In this document: positions 47,078 through 57,549 of the stretch, piece by piece | Layout: every line of letters begins with the position of its first letter | Position numbering within the stretch: the first letter of the stretch is position 1 | Assembly: GCA_018671245.1 (NCBI GenBank) | Contig: JABHIB010000008.1 | Coordinates: 111,756 to 175,755 of the forward strand | Length of the DNA: 64,000 nt | Direction: 5' to 3' | Source of the DNA: an archaeon | GTDB taxonomy: Archaea > Nanobdellota > Nanobdellia > SCGC-AAA011-G17 > PNOQ01 | Made by a program: the position numbers and the translations under genes | Notes under the pieces: generated by a model | Seen by the model: the letters and a program-made list of their open reading frames with translations, nothing else | Database searches by the model: none | Told to the model about the DNA's origin: nothing

Positions 47078-48346
47078 ATGCTTGACATAAATACTATAAG
47101 ATCTAGTCCAGACATAGTAAAAGACTCGCTAAAAAAGAGAGGACAGGAAGAAAAAATAGAGTGGGTCGATTTAGTTCTAAAGAATGATAAAAAATGGAGA
47201 CAATTAAAACAAAAAGCAGATCGTCTTCGAGAAAAAAGGAATAAAGTTGCAGAATCAATTAACAAATTAAAGAAACAAAAGAAATCTGCAGAAGAAGCAA
47301 TAAAAGAAGCTAGAGAACTTCCTCCTAAAATAACAGAGATAGAAAATGAGATGGATGAAATAAAAAGTGAACTAACTTCTTATCTATACAGGATACCAAA
47401 TATTCTTCATGAGTCAGTTCCTATAGGGAAAGATGGGGAAGAAAATGTCCCTTTTAGATTCCATAAAGAACCAAAGGTGCCAAATTTCGAGTTAAAACCT
47501 CACGGCCAATTAGCAGAAGAAAGGGGCTTAGCAGATTTCAAAAAGGCCTCAAAAGTTGCAGGTGCAGGATTCAATTACCTAAAAGGAGATTTAGCACTAT
47601 TAGATTTAGCACTACAAAAGTTTGCAATAGACGAACTAATAAAAAAAGGATACAAATTAATCACGCCACCCCTTATGTTAAATAAAGAATCATATGAAGG
47701 CACTACAGATTTAGCAGATTTTGAAAAAGTAATGTATAAAATAGATAAAGAAGAATTATATTTAATAGCAACATCAGAACATCCACTACTTGCATTACAT
47801 TCTAATGAAGTGATCGATGAAAAAGATTTACCTCTTAAATATATTAGCCTATCTCAATGTTTCAGAAAAGAAATAGGTAGTAGAGGAGTAGATACAAAAG
47901 GTTTATTCAGAATGCATCAATTCAATAAAGTTGAGCAAGTAATAATATGTAAACCTGAAGATTCTTTGAAATATCATGAAGAGTTAGAAAAGAATTCAGA
48001 AGAATTATACAAAAAGATGGGAATCCCATTCAGAGTAGTAAATGTTTGTACTGGAGATATGGGCATAGTTGCTGCAAAGAAATACGATATAGAGGCATGG
48101 TATCCAAGAGAAGAAAAATATGGGGAAGTAGGTTCCTGTTCAAACTGTACAGATTATCAAGCAGTAAGAGGGAATATAAAATACCAAGATGGTCAAGATA
48201 GAAAATATGTACACACATTAAATAATACTGCAATTGCAACATCCAGAGCAATGAGAGCAATTTTGGAGAATTTCCAAAATCAAGATGGATCAATTTCAGT
48301 ACCTAAACCATTAAGAAAATATATGGGAAAGAAAAAGAAAATATGA
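47078..48346 (+). CDS. serS: seryl-tRNA synthetase
   Basis: N-terminal MLDINTIRSSPDIVKDSLKKRG and coiled-coil arm. Class II motifs FRKEIGSRGVDTKGLFRMHQFNKVEQ and GAGFNYLKGD. Confidence 0.85.
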   Translation: MLDINTIRSSPDIVKDSLKKRGQEEKIEWVDLVLKNDKKWRQLKQKADRLREKRNKVAESINKLKKQKKSAEEAIKEARELPPKITEIENEMDEIKSELTSYLYRIPNILHESVPIGKDGEENVPFRFHKEPKVPNFELKPHGQLAEERGLADFKKASKVAGAGFNYLKGDLALLDLALQKFAIDELIKKGYKLITPPLMLNKESYEGTTDLADFEKVMYKIDKEELYLIATSEHPLLALHSNEVIDEKDLPLKYISLSQCFRKEIGSRGVDTKGLFRMHQFNKVEQVIICKPEDSLKYHEELEKNSEELYKKMGIPFRVVNVCTGDMGIVAAKKYDIEAWYPREEKYGEVGSCSNCTDYQAVRGNIKYQDGQDRKYVHTLNNTAIATSRAMRAILENFQNQDGSISVPKPLRKYMGKKKKI

Positions 48347-48359
48347 GGGGAAATTAAGA

Positions 48360-48611
48360 ATGGATGAAACAAAAGAACAAAACTTGTATGGGGAAAAAGG
48401 GAGAGAAGAAGCTGGAGATGGTGATGAAATTAATGAAGCTGAAGAAGGTTTCATGAAAGGTTATGATGAGGAATCAAATCCTTCAGAATGTGCTAACTGT
48501 CACACTATTTTGGAAGATGAGTTCGTAGAAGAAGATTTCGAAGGTTCGACCTATCGATTCTGTTCCGAAGAATGTGCAAGAAAGTTTGAGATTAAAAAAG
48601 AGCACATTTAA
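48360..48611 (+). CDS. small acidic protein with C-terminal CxxC...FCSxxC (TRASH/zinc-ribbon-like) motif
   Basis: CANCHTIL...YRFCSEECARKF. Confidence 0.3.
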   Translation: MDETKEQNLYGEKGREEAGDGDEINEAEEGFMKGYDEESNPSECANCHTILEDEFVEEDFEGSTYRFCSEECARKFEIKKEHI

Positions 48612-48662
48612 TTTTTTTATTTCCAAAACATTTTTAAAACTAGTTTCCAAGAGTTTCTTTTA

Positions 48663-50822
48663 ATGGTAGAGCTAATCATCACTGAGAAACCTGCACAAGC
48701 ACAAAAAATAGCAACAGCTTTAGCAGATACAAAAGCAATAAAAACTACGAAGAATAAAGTTAGTTATTACGAATTAAAACATAAAGGTAAGAACATTCTT
48801 GTTGGCTGTGCAGTAGGTCATTTATTTGGTTTGGCAAAATCTAAAAATGCAAAGAAAGGTTATCCTACATTCGATATCGAGTGGAAACCAAAATATGAAA
48901 TCGACAAAGGTGCAGATTATACAAGGAAATATGTTAAAGTTCTAGAACAATTATCAAAAAAGGCCGATAAATTTATTGTAGCTACAGACTATGATGTAGA
49001 AGGTTCAGTCATAGGGTATAATATACTAAAATATATTTGCAAGCAAAAGGATGGGAAAAGGATGAAGTTCTCCACTCTAACTAAAGATGAATTAATAGAG
49101 TCCTACAAAAAAGCAACCAAACATTTGGACTTCCCTCAAATTCATGCAGGTCAAACTAGACATACATTAGATTGGTTTTACGGAATCAACATAAGTAATG
49201 CACTAATGACTTCTATAAAAAATGCAACAAAAAGATTTAGATTGATGTCTACGGGCCGTGTTCAGGGGCCGACACTAAAAATCATAGTAAAGAGAGAAGC
49301 AGAGATAAGCAAATTCAAACCCAAGAAATATTGGGAGATCCATTTAGAAGGTAAACTAAACAAAACAAAAATTTCTGCAAAACACAAAAAAGGAAAGTTC
49401 ACAAAAGAGGCAGAAGCAAAAAAGGCTTTAAAGAATACAAAAGGAAAAAAGGCAATAGTAGAAAGTATAAAATCTAGTGAAAGATTAATACAACCACCAA
49501 TTCCTTTTGATCTAACTTCATTACAGATTGAAGCATATGGAAAGATAAACATCACACCTAAAGAAACTTCAAAGATTGCTCAGGATTTATACACTTCTGG
49601 ATTAATATCATATCCTAGAACAAGCTCACAAAAATTGCCAACTTCAATAGGTTATAAAAAAATTCTAAAAAAACTTTCAAAGAAAAAAGCATTCACAAAA
49701 CATTGTGAAGATCTTTTAAAAAAGAAACAGCTTATACCAAATGAGGGAAAGAAAGAAGATTCTGCACACCCTGCCATCTATCCTACAGGTGATCTAGCAA
49801 ATCTTTCGGGAAAATCTCTAAAATTATATTCCTTAATCACTAGAAGATTTCTATCAGTATTCGGAGATCCTGCAAAGAAAGAGATTACAACTGTCACAAT
49901 AGATGTAAATGATGAAAAATTCAAACTATCTGGTTCAAGAATACTGGAGCAAGGATGGTATGAACTATATGGTGAGTTCTCGAAATCAAAAGAACAACTT
50001 CTTCCTAAAATAGAAAAAGATGATGAAATAAAACCAAAAACTATCAAATCAGAAGAAAAGGAAACCTTGCCTCCGAAAAGATATACTCAGGCATCAATAA
50101 TCAAAGAGATGGAAAATTTAGGTTTAGGAACAAAAGCTACTAGGGCTATGATGGTTGACGCATTATATCAAAGAAAATACATTGACGGAACAAAGCTAGA
50201 AGCAACACCATTAGGAATAACTCTAATTCACACTCTAGAAAAATACTCTCCAGAAATAATTGACGAACATCTAACAAGAGAGATAGAAGATGATATGCAG
50301 GCAATAAGGGAAAAGAAAAATACTAGAGACAAAGTAATAGCTAAAACCAAGAAATCACTAATAAAAATTCTAAAGAACTTTAAAGATCATGAAATGAAAG
50401 TTGGGAAGGCGCTCTCAAAATCTACAGAAGGAGAAGATATAATTGGAGACTGTCCAAAGTGTAAAAAGGGGAAGTTAAGATTACGGTTTGGGAGATTTGG
50501 TCCATTTATCGCATGTGATAGGTACAAGGAAGGTTGTAAAAATACTTTCGGAGTCCCAAGAGGAAATTTAGTTAAGAAAACTGACAAAATTTGTGAAGAG
50601 TGCAAACATCCAAAAATATTACTAATAAGAAAAGGTAAGAGGCCACAAGAACTTTGCATAAATAAAGAATGCCCTACCAAAAAACCTTCTGTAAACCTAG
50701 AAGGTGAAAAATGTCCTAAGTGCGAAGACGGTAAATTAATCCTCAAAAAAGGGATTTATGGATCTTTCTTTGCATGCGAAAATTATCCTAAGTGCAAACA
50801 TATAGCAAATCAAGAAAAATAA
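48663..50822 (+). CDS. topA: type IA DNA topoisomerase with C-terminal zinc ribbons
   Basis: Toprim start MVELIITEKPAQAQKIATAL. Active-site block LISYPRTSSQKL. Three C-terminal Cys4 ribbons (CPKCKKG...CDRYKEGC; CEECKHP...; CPKCEDG...CENYPKC). Confidence 0.85.
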   Translation: MVELIITEKPAQAQKIATALADTKAIKTTKNKVSYYELKHKGKNILVGCAVGHLFGLAKSKNAKKGYPTFDIEWKPKYEIDKGADYTRKYVKVLEQLSKKADKFIVATDYDVEGSVIGYNILKYICKQKDGKRMKFSTLTKDELIESYKKATKHLDFPQIHAGQTRHTLDWFYGINISNALMTSIKNATKRFRLMSTGRVQGPTLKIIVKREAEISKFKPKKYWEIHLEGKLNKTKISAKHKKGKFTKEAEAKKALKNTKGKKAIVESIKSSERLIQPPIPFDLTSLQIEAYGKINITPKETSKIAQDLYTSGLISYPRTSSQKLPTSIGYKKILKKLSKKKAFTKHCEDLLKKKQLIPNEGKKEDSAHPAIYPTGDLANLSGKSLKLYSLITRRFLSVFGDPAKKEITTVTIDVNDEKFKLSGSRILEQGWYELYGEFSKSKEQLLPKIEKDDEIKPKTIKSEEKETLPPKRYTQASIIKEMENLGLGTKATRAMMVDALYQRKYIDGTKLEATPLGITLIHTLEKYSPEIIDEHLTREIEDDMQAIREKKNTRDKVIAKTKKSLIKILKNFKDHEMKVGKALSKSTEGEDIIGDCPKCKKGKLRLRFGRFGPFIACDRYKEGCKNTFGVPRGNLVKKTDKICEECKHPKILLIRKGKRPQELCINKECPTKKPSVNLEGEKCPKCEDGKLILKKGIYGSFFACENYPKCKHIANQEK

Positions 50823-51962
50823 TTATTTCTCTATTTTAGGAATTATCAAAGACTCAATAATTGCATCAAGAAGAGTTTCATTCCCGTCTTGATACTCAAA
50901 TGGACCTAAGGGTATACTAGCACCAGCTTCATCATATCTTCCTCCACCACCAAATTTTCCTGCGATAGTTTGAGCGTTTAATTTACTAGCCTCTCTAGCT
51001 TTTATGGAAATTGCAATCCTATCTTCAATTATAGCAAAAGCTATTCCTGCCTCAACACCCTCTTCAGCCATTAACTCTCTAGCAAGAACTGATATAGTGT
51101 CTCTATTACTCTCAAGAAGATGGCCTGCACAACTTATACTATACACTCCAATCCTCTTTCTATTAGATAGTCCTCTCCCTATACCTGATTGCATCTCTCC
51201 AGAACGAGAAGGCCTCATAATTTCGTCCAGAGTATTTCTATTAACACAACTATGGATTTTTGCAAGAGCAAGATAATCTTTAGTTGTGGCCTTTTTCAAA
51301 TTATTAGTATCAATTAAGATTCCATGCTTCAAAGCAGTTGCAAGAATCTCATCGCTAGGTTCATCCTTATCAAAATTTAAACCATATGCCTCAAGATATT
51401 CTATAGTCATTGTAGAAGTAGATCCAACCTCATTAGAAGGTCTAACATCAGCAAAATCATAATTAGAAAAATCCTCTTCTAGACTAGGATCAAAATGATG
51501 ATCTATAGCAAAGTTAACTTTTTTATTATCTGGTATAGTCAAGTGCCTACCTTTTATTGAAGCATCAAGAACAAATATTTTCTTATAATCATCAAACTTC
51601 ACACTATCAAACGGAATTATTCTAGATTCATAAACCGAATCTAATTTCTTAAGAAGTGAAACATTCTCATGATGGCTAATCGCTCCACTATAGAATATAT
51701 CTGATTCAATACCAAATCTCTCTTTCAATATTTTTTCTTTCCATACATAAGAGCTAGCAATCGCATCCCCACAAGGATAGTCATGTGCACCAATTAAGAT
51801 TTTACCATTAAATTTACTAAGAATTCCTTCTAATTTTGTAGTCTTCTCAGAATCAAAAAATAATTCCTTCTTTTCTTCTTCTATATTAATATTCATTTTT
51901 GGTTTTCCCTTCTTTCTTAAACCTACAAACTCTCCAATTTTATCGCCAAATCGATCATACAT
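50823..51962 (-). CDS. DHH/DHHA1 phosphoesterase (NrnA-like; RecJ/GAN-type cannot be excluded)
   Basis: Motif I GAHDYPCGDAIASS, DHH motif AIDHHFD, DHHA1 GGGRYDEAGAS. 379 aa. Confidence 0.7.
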   Translation of the reverse strand: MYDRFGDKIGEFVGLRKKGKPKMNINIEEEKKELFFDSEKTTKLEGILSKFNGKILIGAHDYPCGDAIASSYVWKEKILKERFGIESDIFYSGAISHHENVSLLKKLDSVYESRIIPFDSVKFDDYKKIFVLDASIKGRHLTIPDNKKVNFAIDHHFDPSLEEDFSNYDFADVRPSNEVGSTSTMTIEYLEAYGLNFDKDEPSDEILATALKHGILIDTNNLKKATTKDYLALAKIHSCVNRNTLDEIMRPSRSGEMQSGIGRGLSNRKRIGVYSISCAGHLLESNRDTISVLARELMAEEGVEAGIAFAIIEDRIAISIKAREASKLNAQTIAGKFGGGGRYDEAGASIPLGPFEYQDGNETLLDAIIESLIIPKIEK

Positions 51963-51999
51963 CTTACTTTTAGAACAAGAAAAAGAATTATAAAGCTTT

Positions 52000-52665
52000 T
52001 CAAATATGGGATTCTATACCTTTTTCAACTATTTTATAGGAAAAGTTCCCTTCTTTCGCAGGTTTGAGACGTTTTAGAGTAATATGTTTAGTTTCAGAGA
52101 CATCTAATCTAATTATATTATTAGACCAATGATTTACTATCTCTCCTCCAGCCATCTGGATTATCCCACTTTTAAAATTTTCAAAAACATCATTCGTAAT
52201 GATTACAGGAACTCTTTCAGAAATCTCTTTCAAAACTCTAAGCTGACTATTCATCATTTTTCTAGCTAGATCAGATTTACTACTTGATAAAGTTCTATAA
52301 TAAAAATTAAAACCATCTACAACAATCAAAGAAAACTTCTTTTTTTCAATAATTCTCAATAAGTCTTTGACTTTTTTTTGTTGATGAGTGAAACTCTTAA
52401 TTTTCAAAACAAAAAGATTATCTAAATGGTTTTGTAAACTCTCTCCATTAATCTGTTCTAATCTAGAGAGATTGAAATCATTCTTAACATCAAAAAAGAA
52501 TACATTCTTTTCATCCTTTAACTGTTTTAGAACAGCCATTAGGCTCAAACAGCTTTTTCCAGAGGTGGGAAGTCCATATATTGAGCTAATGCCTGAGTAT
52601 CCACCTTCAAGAAATTCATCAAGTTTAGAGTTACCACTTCTTATTTTCATAAATTCATAAAACAA
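52000..52665 (-). CDS. radB: RadB-like RecA-superfamily ATPase
   Basis: LDEFLEGGYSGISSIYGLPTSGKS Walker A in RadB context. 221 aa, the size typical of RadB rather than RadA. Confidence 0.55.
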   Translation of the reverse strand: MFYEFMKIRSGNSKLDEFLEGGYSGISSIYGLPTSGKSCLSLMAVLKQLKDEKNVFFFDVKNDFNLSRLEQINGESLQNHLDNLFVLKIKSFTHQQKKVKDLLRIIEKKKFSLIVVDGFNFYYRTLSSSKSDLARKMMNSQLRVLKEISERVPVIITNDVFENFKSGIIQMAGGEIVNHWSNNIIRLDVSETKHITLKRLKPAKEGNFSYKIVEKGIESHI

Positions 52666-52731
52666 CCAAAATTTAAAAGATTATTGAATAATCTAAAATT
52701 ATAAAAACTATAAGCAACTCCTACTTTTAAA

Positions 52732-53040
52732 ATGGGAAAGGCAGTAAGAGAAATGTTAGAACACGACAGAAGATTAACAGACATTCTAAATTCTGAAATA
52801 AGACATGAGATTCCAGGGATTCAAACAATATCCAAAGAGACCCAGTTTTGGAGAGAAGGCAAATTAGTAGCAGAACCAGATGGATTAATCTGGGACGGTA
52901 ACACCCTATATATCTTGGAGTACAAATGTAGTGAGAAAGGGTTAAGAAAGGCACAAAGGCAAGTAGAAACCGCTCACGATTATATTAAGAATGACTTGGG
53001 AATATTCGTTCCTTGCGAATACCTAATCAAATACGGCTAA
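52732..53040 (+). CDS. small PD-(D/E)xK nuclease-fold protein (possibly Hjc-like)
   Basis: AEPDGLIWDGNTLYILEYK supplies a literal P-D...E-x-K. N-terminal Glu residues as in Hjc. 102 aa. Confidence 0.3.
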   Translation: MGKAVREMLEHDRRLTDILNSEIRHEIPGIQTISKETQFWREGKLVAEPDGLIWDGNTLYILEYKCSEKGLRKAQRQVETAHDYIKNDLGIFVPCEYLIKYG

Positions 53041-53089
53041 GATTATAGAAACTTTTATATATCTTCTGTATATACACGATGTATATACA

Positions 53090-53449
53090 ATGAAAACTAT
53101 ATCACATGCAAAAGTTCTATGTCCAGAATGTGACAAAGAAACAGTAAAGAGGTTTGAAGTAAGGCAGGGGTTCAAATTAAACTTTTTTGAATGCCCTAAT
53201 TGTTCTGAGAGATTTTATGATTCTTCAGAGATTAAGGAATTTGAAGAGTTTAAAAAATTAAGAGAAAGAAGATTTGATGTAAAACTTCGAATGGTGGGTA
53301 ATTCATTTTCAGTAACTATACCTAGAGAGATAATTGAATTTGAAGAAAAATTTGCACAGATGGAAAAAGAAATGGACACTATGATGAGGTTAAGTTTAGA
53401 TGAGCCTGGTAAAATAAGATTGAGGTTTAGAAGATTATTGGAGAAATAA
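53090..53449 (+). CDS. zinc-ribbon / AbrB-SpoVT swapped-hairpin fusion protein
   Basis: CPECDKE...CPNCSERF followed by LRMVGNSFSVTIPREIIEFEE (SpoVT/AbrB-type VGNSlavTIPkei). Its stop overlaps the cdc48 start. Confidence 0.45.
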   Translation: MKTISHAKVLCPECDKETVKRFEVRQGFKLNFFECPNCSERFYDSSEIKEFEEFKKLRERRFDVKLRMVGNSFSVTIPREIIEFEEKFAQMEKEMDTMMRLSLDEPGKIRLRFRRLLEK

Positions 53450-53450
53450 A

Positions 53451-55739
53451 ATGGCGAAAGAAAAAATATCAAAATTAAGAGTAATGGAAGCACTACAAGA
53501 AGAAGCTTACAAAGGAATTGTTAGAGTAGATTCATCAATGATGAAACAGGTAGGAGTAAGACCTGGTGATGTCATAGAAATAATAGGTAAGAAAAAAACT
53601 GTAGGTATTGTAGACAGGGCATACCCTTCAGATGTCGGTGAGGCAATAATTCGAATGGATGGTATCCTTAGAAGAAATGCTGGAACAGGTATCGGAGAAT
53701 TAGTCCATATAGTTAAGGCAGAAATAAAAGAAGCTAAAAAAATCACGATAGCTCCTGCACAACAAGGACTTATGGTTCAAGCAGATCCAAATATGTTCAA
53801 ACAGAGCTTACTGGGTAGGGCAATAATCAAAGGAGATATAATATCCTTAGGTGGGGCAAAAAGAAGGAGAACAACTTTCTCTGGCAGTCCTTTCGAAGAC
53901 ATTTTTGATTCTGTATTCCAAGGTATGATGCTTGGTAACTTAGGAAGTTTAAAATTTGTAGTTGCAGAAACAAATCCAAATGGTCCAGTAATAATAACAG
54001 AAAATACAGAACTTAAATTGAGCCAAAAAGCTATAGAAGTTTCTGAAGATGGAAGTTCATTAGTCCCGGATGTAACTTATGAAGATATCGGAGGTCTATC
54101 TGAAGAGATAAAGAAAGTGAGAGAGTTAGTAGAATTACCTATGAAACATCCAGAACTTTTTGAGAGATTAGGTATAAATCCTCCAGCAGGTGTTTTAATG
54201 CACGGTCCTCCTGGAACTGGTAAAACTCTTCTAGCAAGAGCTGTTGCAAACGAATCTGAAGCAAATTTTGTTGTAATAAATGGTCCAGAAATAATGAATA
54301 AATTCTATGGTGAGTCAGAGAAGAAAATAAGAAAGATTTTCGAAGACGCTGCAGAAAAAGAACCTTCAATAATTTTTATTGATGAAATTGATGCTATTGC
54401 TCCAAAACGAGAAGACACTAAGGGAGAGGTAGAGAGAAGAGTTGTAGCACAACTTCTAGCAATGATGGATGGATTGAATAAGAGGGGAAAAGTTGTAGTA
54501 ATTGGTGCAACAAACCGTCCAAATGCAATTGATCCTGCACTAAGAAGGCCTGGAAGATTTGACAGAGAATTAGTATTTGGAGTTCCAGATGCAAAAGGTA
54601 GATTGGAAGTACTAAAAATCCACACAAGAAATATGCCAATTACAAAATCTGTAGATCTAGAAGAATTAGCAAGATCAACCCACGGATTTGTTGGGGCAGA
54701 TCTAGAATCTTTAGCAAAAGAGGCTGCAATGAATGTATTAAGAAGAAATATTCAAGATTTCAATTTAGAAGAGGGCAAGGAGATCCCTCGTGAGGTTTTG
54801 GAAAAACTAAAGATTACTGGGGAAGATTTCAAAGAAGCAATAAAGGTAGTCAGACCTTCGGCAATGAGAGAAGTCTTAATTGAAACACCTAATATTAAAT
54901 GGGAAGATATAGGTGGCCTAGAAAAAATAAAGGCCGAATTAAAAGAAACTGTAGAATGGCCAATAAAACACGCGAGTTCATTTGAAAGATTAGGAATCAA
55001 ACCTCCAAAGGGTATATTAATTTATGGACCTCCTGGAACAGGTAAAACTCTTCTAGCAAAAGCTGTTGCAAATGAAGCAGAAGCTAATTTTATCTCAATA
55101 AAAGGTCCAGAATTAATATCTATGTGGGCAGGAGAATCTGAAAAAGGAATCAGAAAAATATTCGAAAAAGCCAGACAGGCTTCTCCTACAGTTGTATTCT
55201 TTGATGAGATAGATTCAATTGCAGGCAGAAGAGGAAATGAATCAGGTTCTAAAGTAACAGAAAGAATGGTCAATCAATTACTGTCTGAAATGGACGGTTT
55301 AGAAGAAATGAATGATGTTGTAGTAATAGCGGCAACAAATAGGCCTGATATTTTGGATCCTGCACTACTGAGACCTGGAAGATTTGATAGGATAGTTATG
55401 GCCCAGATACCTGATGAAAAAGCTAGAGAAGAGATTTTTAAAGTTCACACAGGAACTATGCCTCTTTCAGAAGATGTAGATATTAAAACACTTGCAGCAG
55501 AAACAAAAGGATATACTGGTTCAGATATAGAATCTATTTGTAGGGAAGCAGGAATGTTAACTCTAAGGGAAGATCTTTTTGCAAAAGAAATCTCTATGAA
55601 AAAATTTAATGAAGCCTTGAAAAAAGTAAATCCTTCCATAACTGAAAGAGATATAAAAACTTATGAGGAAATAGAGAGTAATTATCTAAGAACTGCAAGA
55701 GGTGCAGCAATTAGAGATGCCCAACAATATATGGGTTAA
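53451..55739 (+). CDS. cdc48: CDC48/VCP-type AAA ATPase (two AAA domains)
   Basis: N-domain, two Walker A GPPGTGKT and two Walker [11 protein letters not shown] / [10 protein letters not shown]. 762 aa. Confidence 0.9.
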   Translation: MAKEKISKLRVMEALQEEAYKGIVRVDSSMMKQVGVRPGDVIEIIGKKKTVGIVDRAYPSDVGEAIIRMDGILRRNAGTGIGELVHIVKAEIKEAKKITIAPAQQGLMVQADPNMFKQSLLGRAIIKGDIISLGGAKRRRTTFSGSPFEDIFDSVFQGMMLGNLGSLKFVVAETNPNGPVIITENTELKLSQKAIEVSEDGSSLVPDVTYEDIGGLSEEIKKVRELVELPMKHPELFERLGINPPAGVLMHGPPGTGKTLLARAVANESEANFVVINGPEIMNKFYGESEKKIRKIFEDAAEKEPSIIFIDEIDAIAPKREDTKGEVERRVVAQLLAMMDGLNKRGKVVVIGATNRPNAIDPALRRPGRFDRELVFGVPDAKGRLEVLKIHTRNMPITKSVDLEELARSTHGFVGADLESLAKEAAMNVLRRNIQDFNLEEGKEIPREVLEKLKITGEDFKEAIKVVRPSAMREVLIETPNIKWEDIGGLEKIKAELKETVEWPIKHASSFERLGIKPPKGILIYGPPGTGKTLLAKAVANEAEANFISIKGPELISMWAGESEKGIRKIFEKARQASPTVVFFDEIDSIAGRRGNESGSKVTERMVNQLLSEMDGLEEMNDVVVIAATNRPDILDPALLRPGRFDRIVMAQIPDEKAREEIFKVHTGTMPLSEDVDIKTLAAETKGYTGSDIESICREAGMLTLREDLFAKEISMKKFNEALKKVNPSITERDIKTYEEIESNYLRTARGAAIRDAQQYMG

Positions 55740-56641
55740 ATCTCTATTTTTTTTATTTCTTCTATTTTTTTTGTTTTATTTATTTCCTCTCTTAATCTTG
55801 CACTATTTTTTAGACCTTTAGTAAATTGCACCACATGATTCTTAATATAACTAAATTTAATATCGTATTTCTTAGCCAATTTTAAGTATTCAGAAACAAT
55901 TTCCACTTTATTGGATTCATCATAACTTCCTTTCTTAAAATAATCAACACACTGCCTGAAAATATATGGATTCTTGATAGCCTCTCTGCCAATCATAACA
56001 TAATCACAACCACTCTCTGTGATCATTCTATCTACATCCTTAGGAGAACTAATATCTCCATTACCTATCACAGGTATATTAACTGCGTCCTTAACTTTTT
56101 TAATCAAATCCCAATCAGAATCTCCACTTCTAACCTGGGATCTAGTTCTGGCATGAATGGTTATCATACTAGCGCCCTCTTCCTCAATTATCTTAGCAAT
56201 TTCAACAGCATTGATATTATTTTTATCCCAACCCGATCGAATCTTGATAGAGACAGGTTTCTTACTATTTTTGACCAATGTCCTAACAATTTCTCTAACT
56301 TTTTCAGGATCTTTCAATAGGGCAGAACCTGCACCAGCATCTACAATTTTGCTCATCGGACAACCCATATTAAAATCTATAATGTCCACTTTATCTTGAA
56401 CAACTTTGACAGCCTTTTTTATCTCATCAATTTTAGTTCCGAATAATTGGATTGCAATAGGTTTCTCACACTTCTGAATATCAAATAGCTTCAAAGTATT
56501 CGCATTTCCTCTAATTAATGCTGCACATGAAATCATCTCAGTATAAGTTAAACCAGCACCATAATTTGAACAGAGAATTCTAAATGCCGAATCATTTATT
56601 TCAGCCATTGGTGCAAGAAAAACTTTAGTTTTAAACTTCAT
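55736..56641 (-). CDS. dus: tRNA-dihydrouridine synthase
   Basis: LAPMAEINDSAFR, catalytic FNMGCP and a TIM-barrel length of 301 aa. Confidence 0.75.
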   Translation of the reverse strand: MKFKTKVFLAPMAEINDSAFRILCSNYGAGLTYTEMISCAALIRGNANTLKLFDIQKCEKPIAIQLFGTKIDEIKKAVKVVQDKVDIIDFNMGCPMSKIVDAGAGSALLKDPEKVREIVRTLVKNSKKPVSIKIRSGWDKNNINAVEIAKIIEEEGASMITIHARTRSQVRSGDSDWDLIKKVKDAVNIPVIGNGDISSPKDVDRMITESGCDYVMIGREAIKNPYIFRQCVDYFKKGSYDESNKVEIVSEYLKLAKKYDIKFSYIKNHVVQFTKGLKNSARLREEINKTKKIEEIKKIEI

Positions 56642-57540
56642 TTTGTAGTAACGCTCTCGCCAACAATCAAACTATGTTCTGTTTGGGCAACCATTCCTCT
56701 TTTCCTTTCAACTAATCTAGGATATTGGTAAATCGCACCAGCCCTCTCAAGAAGGGTAAAAGCCATATTTACTCCTCTGAATTTTTTTGTAAGCCATCTC
56801 TTAGCAAAGGGAAGGCCATTATATTCAGTTTCAATATATGTAAGTATCTTTCTAGAATTCATATCTCTAACAGGTTTTTTACCTTTAAATAAATAAATTT
56901 CTGAACCTGCTCCTTCAACAACAGTCCCTTCTCCGTCAGTTGCAAAAGGTTCAATTGCAATATGTTCTCCAGCTTTTAGTTTTGTAGTATCACCATTATT
57001 AAAATTAGGTATTGAAGGTGAAGTGTGTACAGAATATGGTGCCAATCCATGACCTCCAAGATTTTTAATAGGACTAAATCCTGCAGCTCGAATTGTTTTA
57101 CTAATTGCATCACCTATCTCTCTAACTTCTACTCCAGGTTTAGCTAATTCAATTGCTGCAGCCAAAGCATCTTCTGAGGCCTTAACCAATTCACTATTAT
57201 TTCCAAGATCAATAGTGCAGGCAGTATCACCAATAGCACCATTAACATGGACTCCTACATCTAACTTAATCAGATCGCCTTCTTTAAATTCAGTTTCATC
57301 ACCAACTGTTGCATTATAATGTGCTGCAGTACTATTAATTGAAAGTTGCGCAGGGAATGCAGGTTTTCCACCAAGTTCAAAGATTTTATCTTCAATTTTT
57401 TCAGTAACTTCTAATAGGTTAGCTCCAACTACCACTAGACTTCTCCCATACTCTCTAGCCCCTTTAGCTATCTCTCCTGCTTTAATCCAGTCATTCATAT
57501 ATCTTTCAGGAGAGTAAACCTTTAAAAATATAACTACCAA
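56638..57540 (-). CDS. map: methionine aminopeptidase, archaeal type 2
   Basis: Metal ligands in DLIKLDVGVHVNGAIGDTA, GHGLAPYSVHTSP and the EPF block. 300 aa. Confidence 0.8.
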   Translation of the reverse strand: MVVIFLKVYSPERYMNDWIKAGEIAKGAREYGRSLVVVGANLLEVTEKIEDKIFELGGKPAFPAQLSINSTAAHYNATVGDETEFKEGDLIKLDVGVHVNGAIGDTACTIDLGNNSELVKASEDALAAAIELAKPGVEVREIGDAISKTIRAAGFSPIKNLGGHGLAPYSVHTSPSIPNFNNGDTTKLKAGEHIAIEPFATDGEGTVVEGAGSEIYLFKGKKPVRDMNSRKILTYIETEYNGLPFAKRWLTKKFRGVNMAFTLLERAGAIYQYPRLVERKRGMVAQTEHSLIVGESVTTK

Positions 57541-57549
57541 AAGAATACT

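Noticed and set aside
50823-51962. Calling the DHH protein GAN/RecJ (GINS-associated nuclease)
   Set aside because: Motifs fit the DHH/DHHA1 superfamily generally. At 379 aa with no OB or extra domains I cannot discriminate NrnA-like from RecJ/GAN-like without profile searches.
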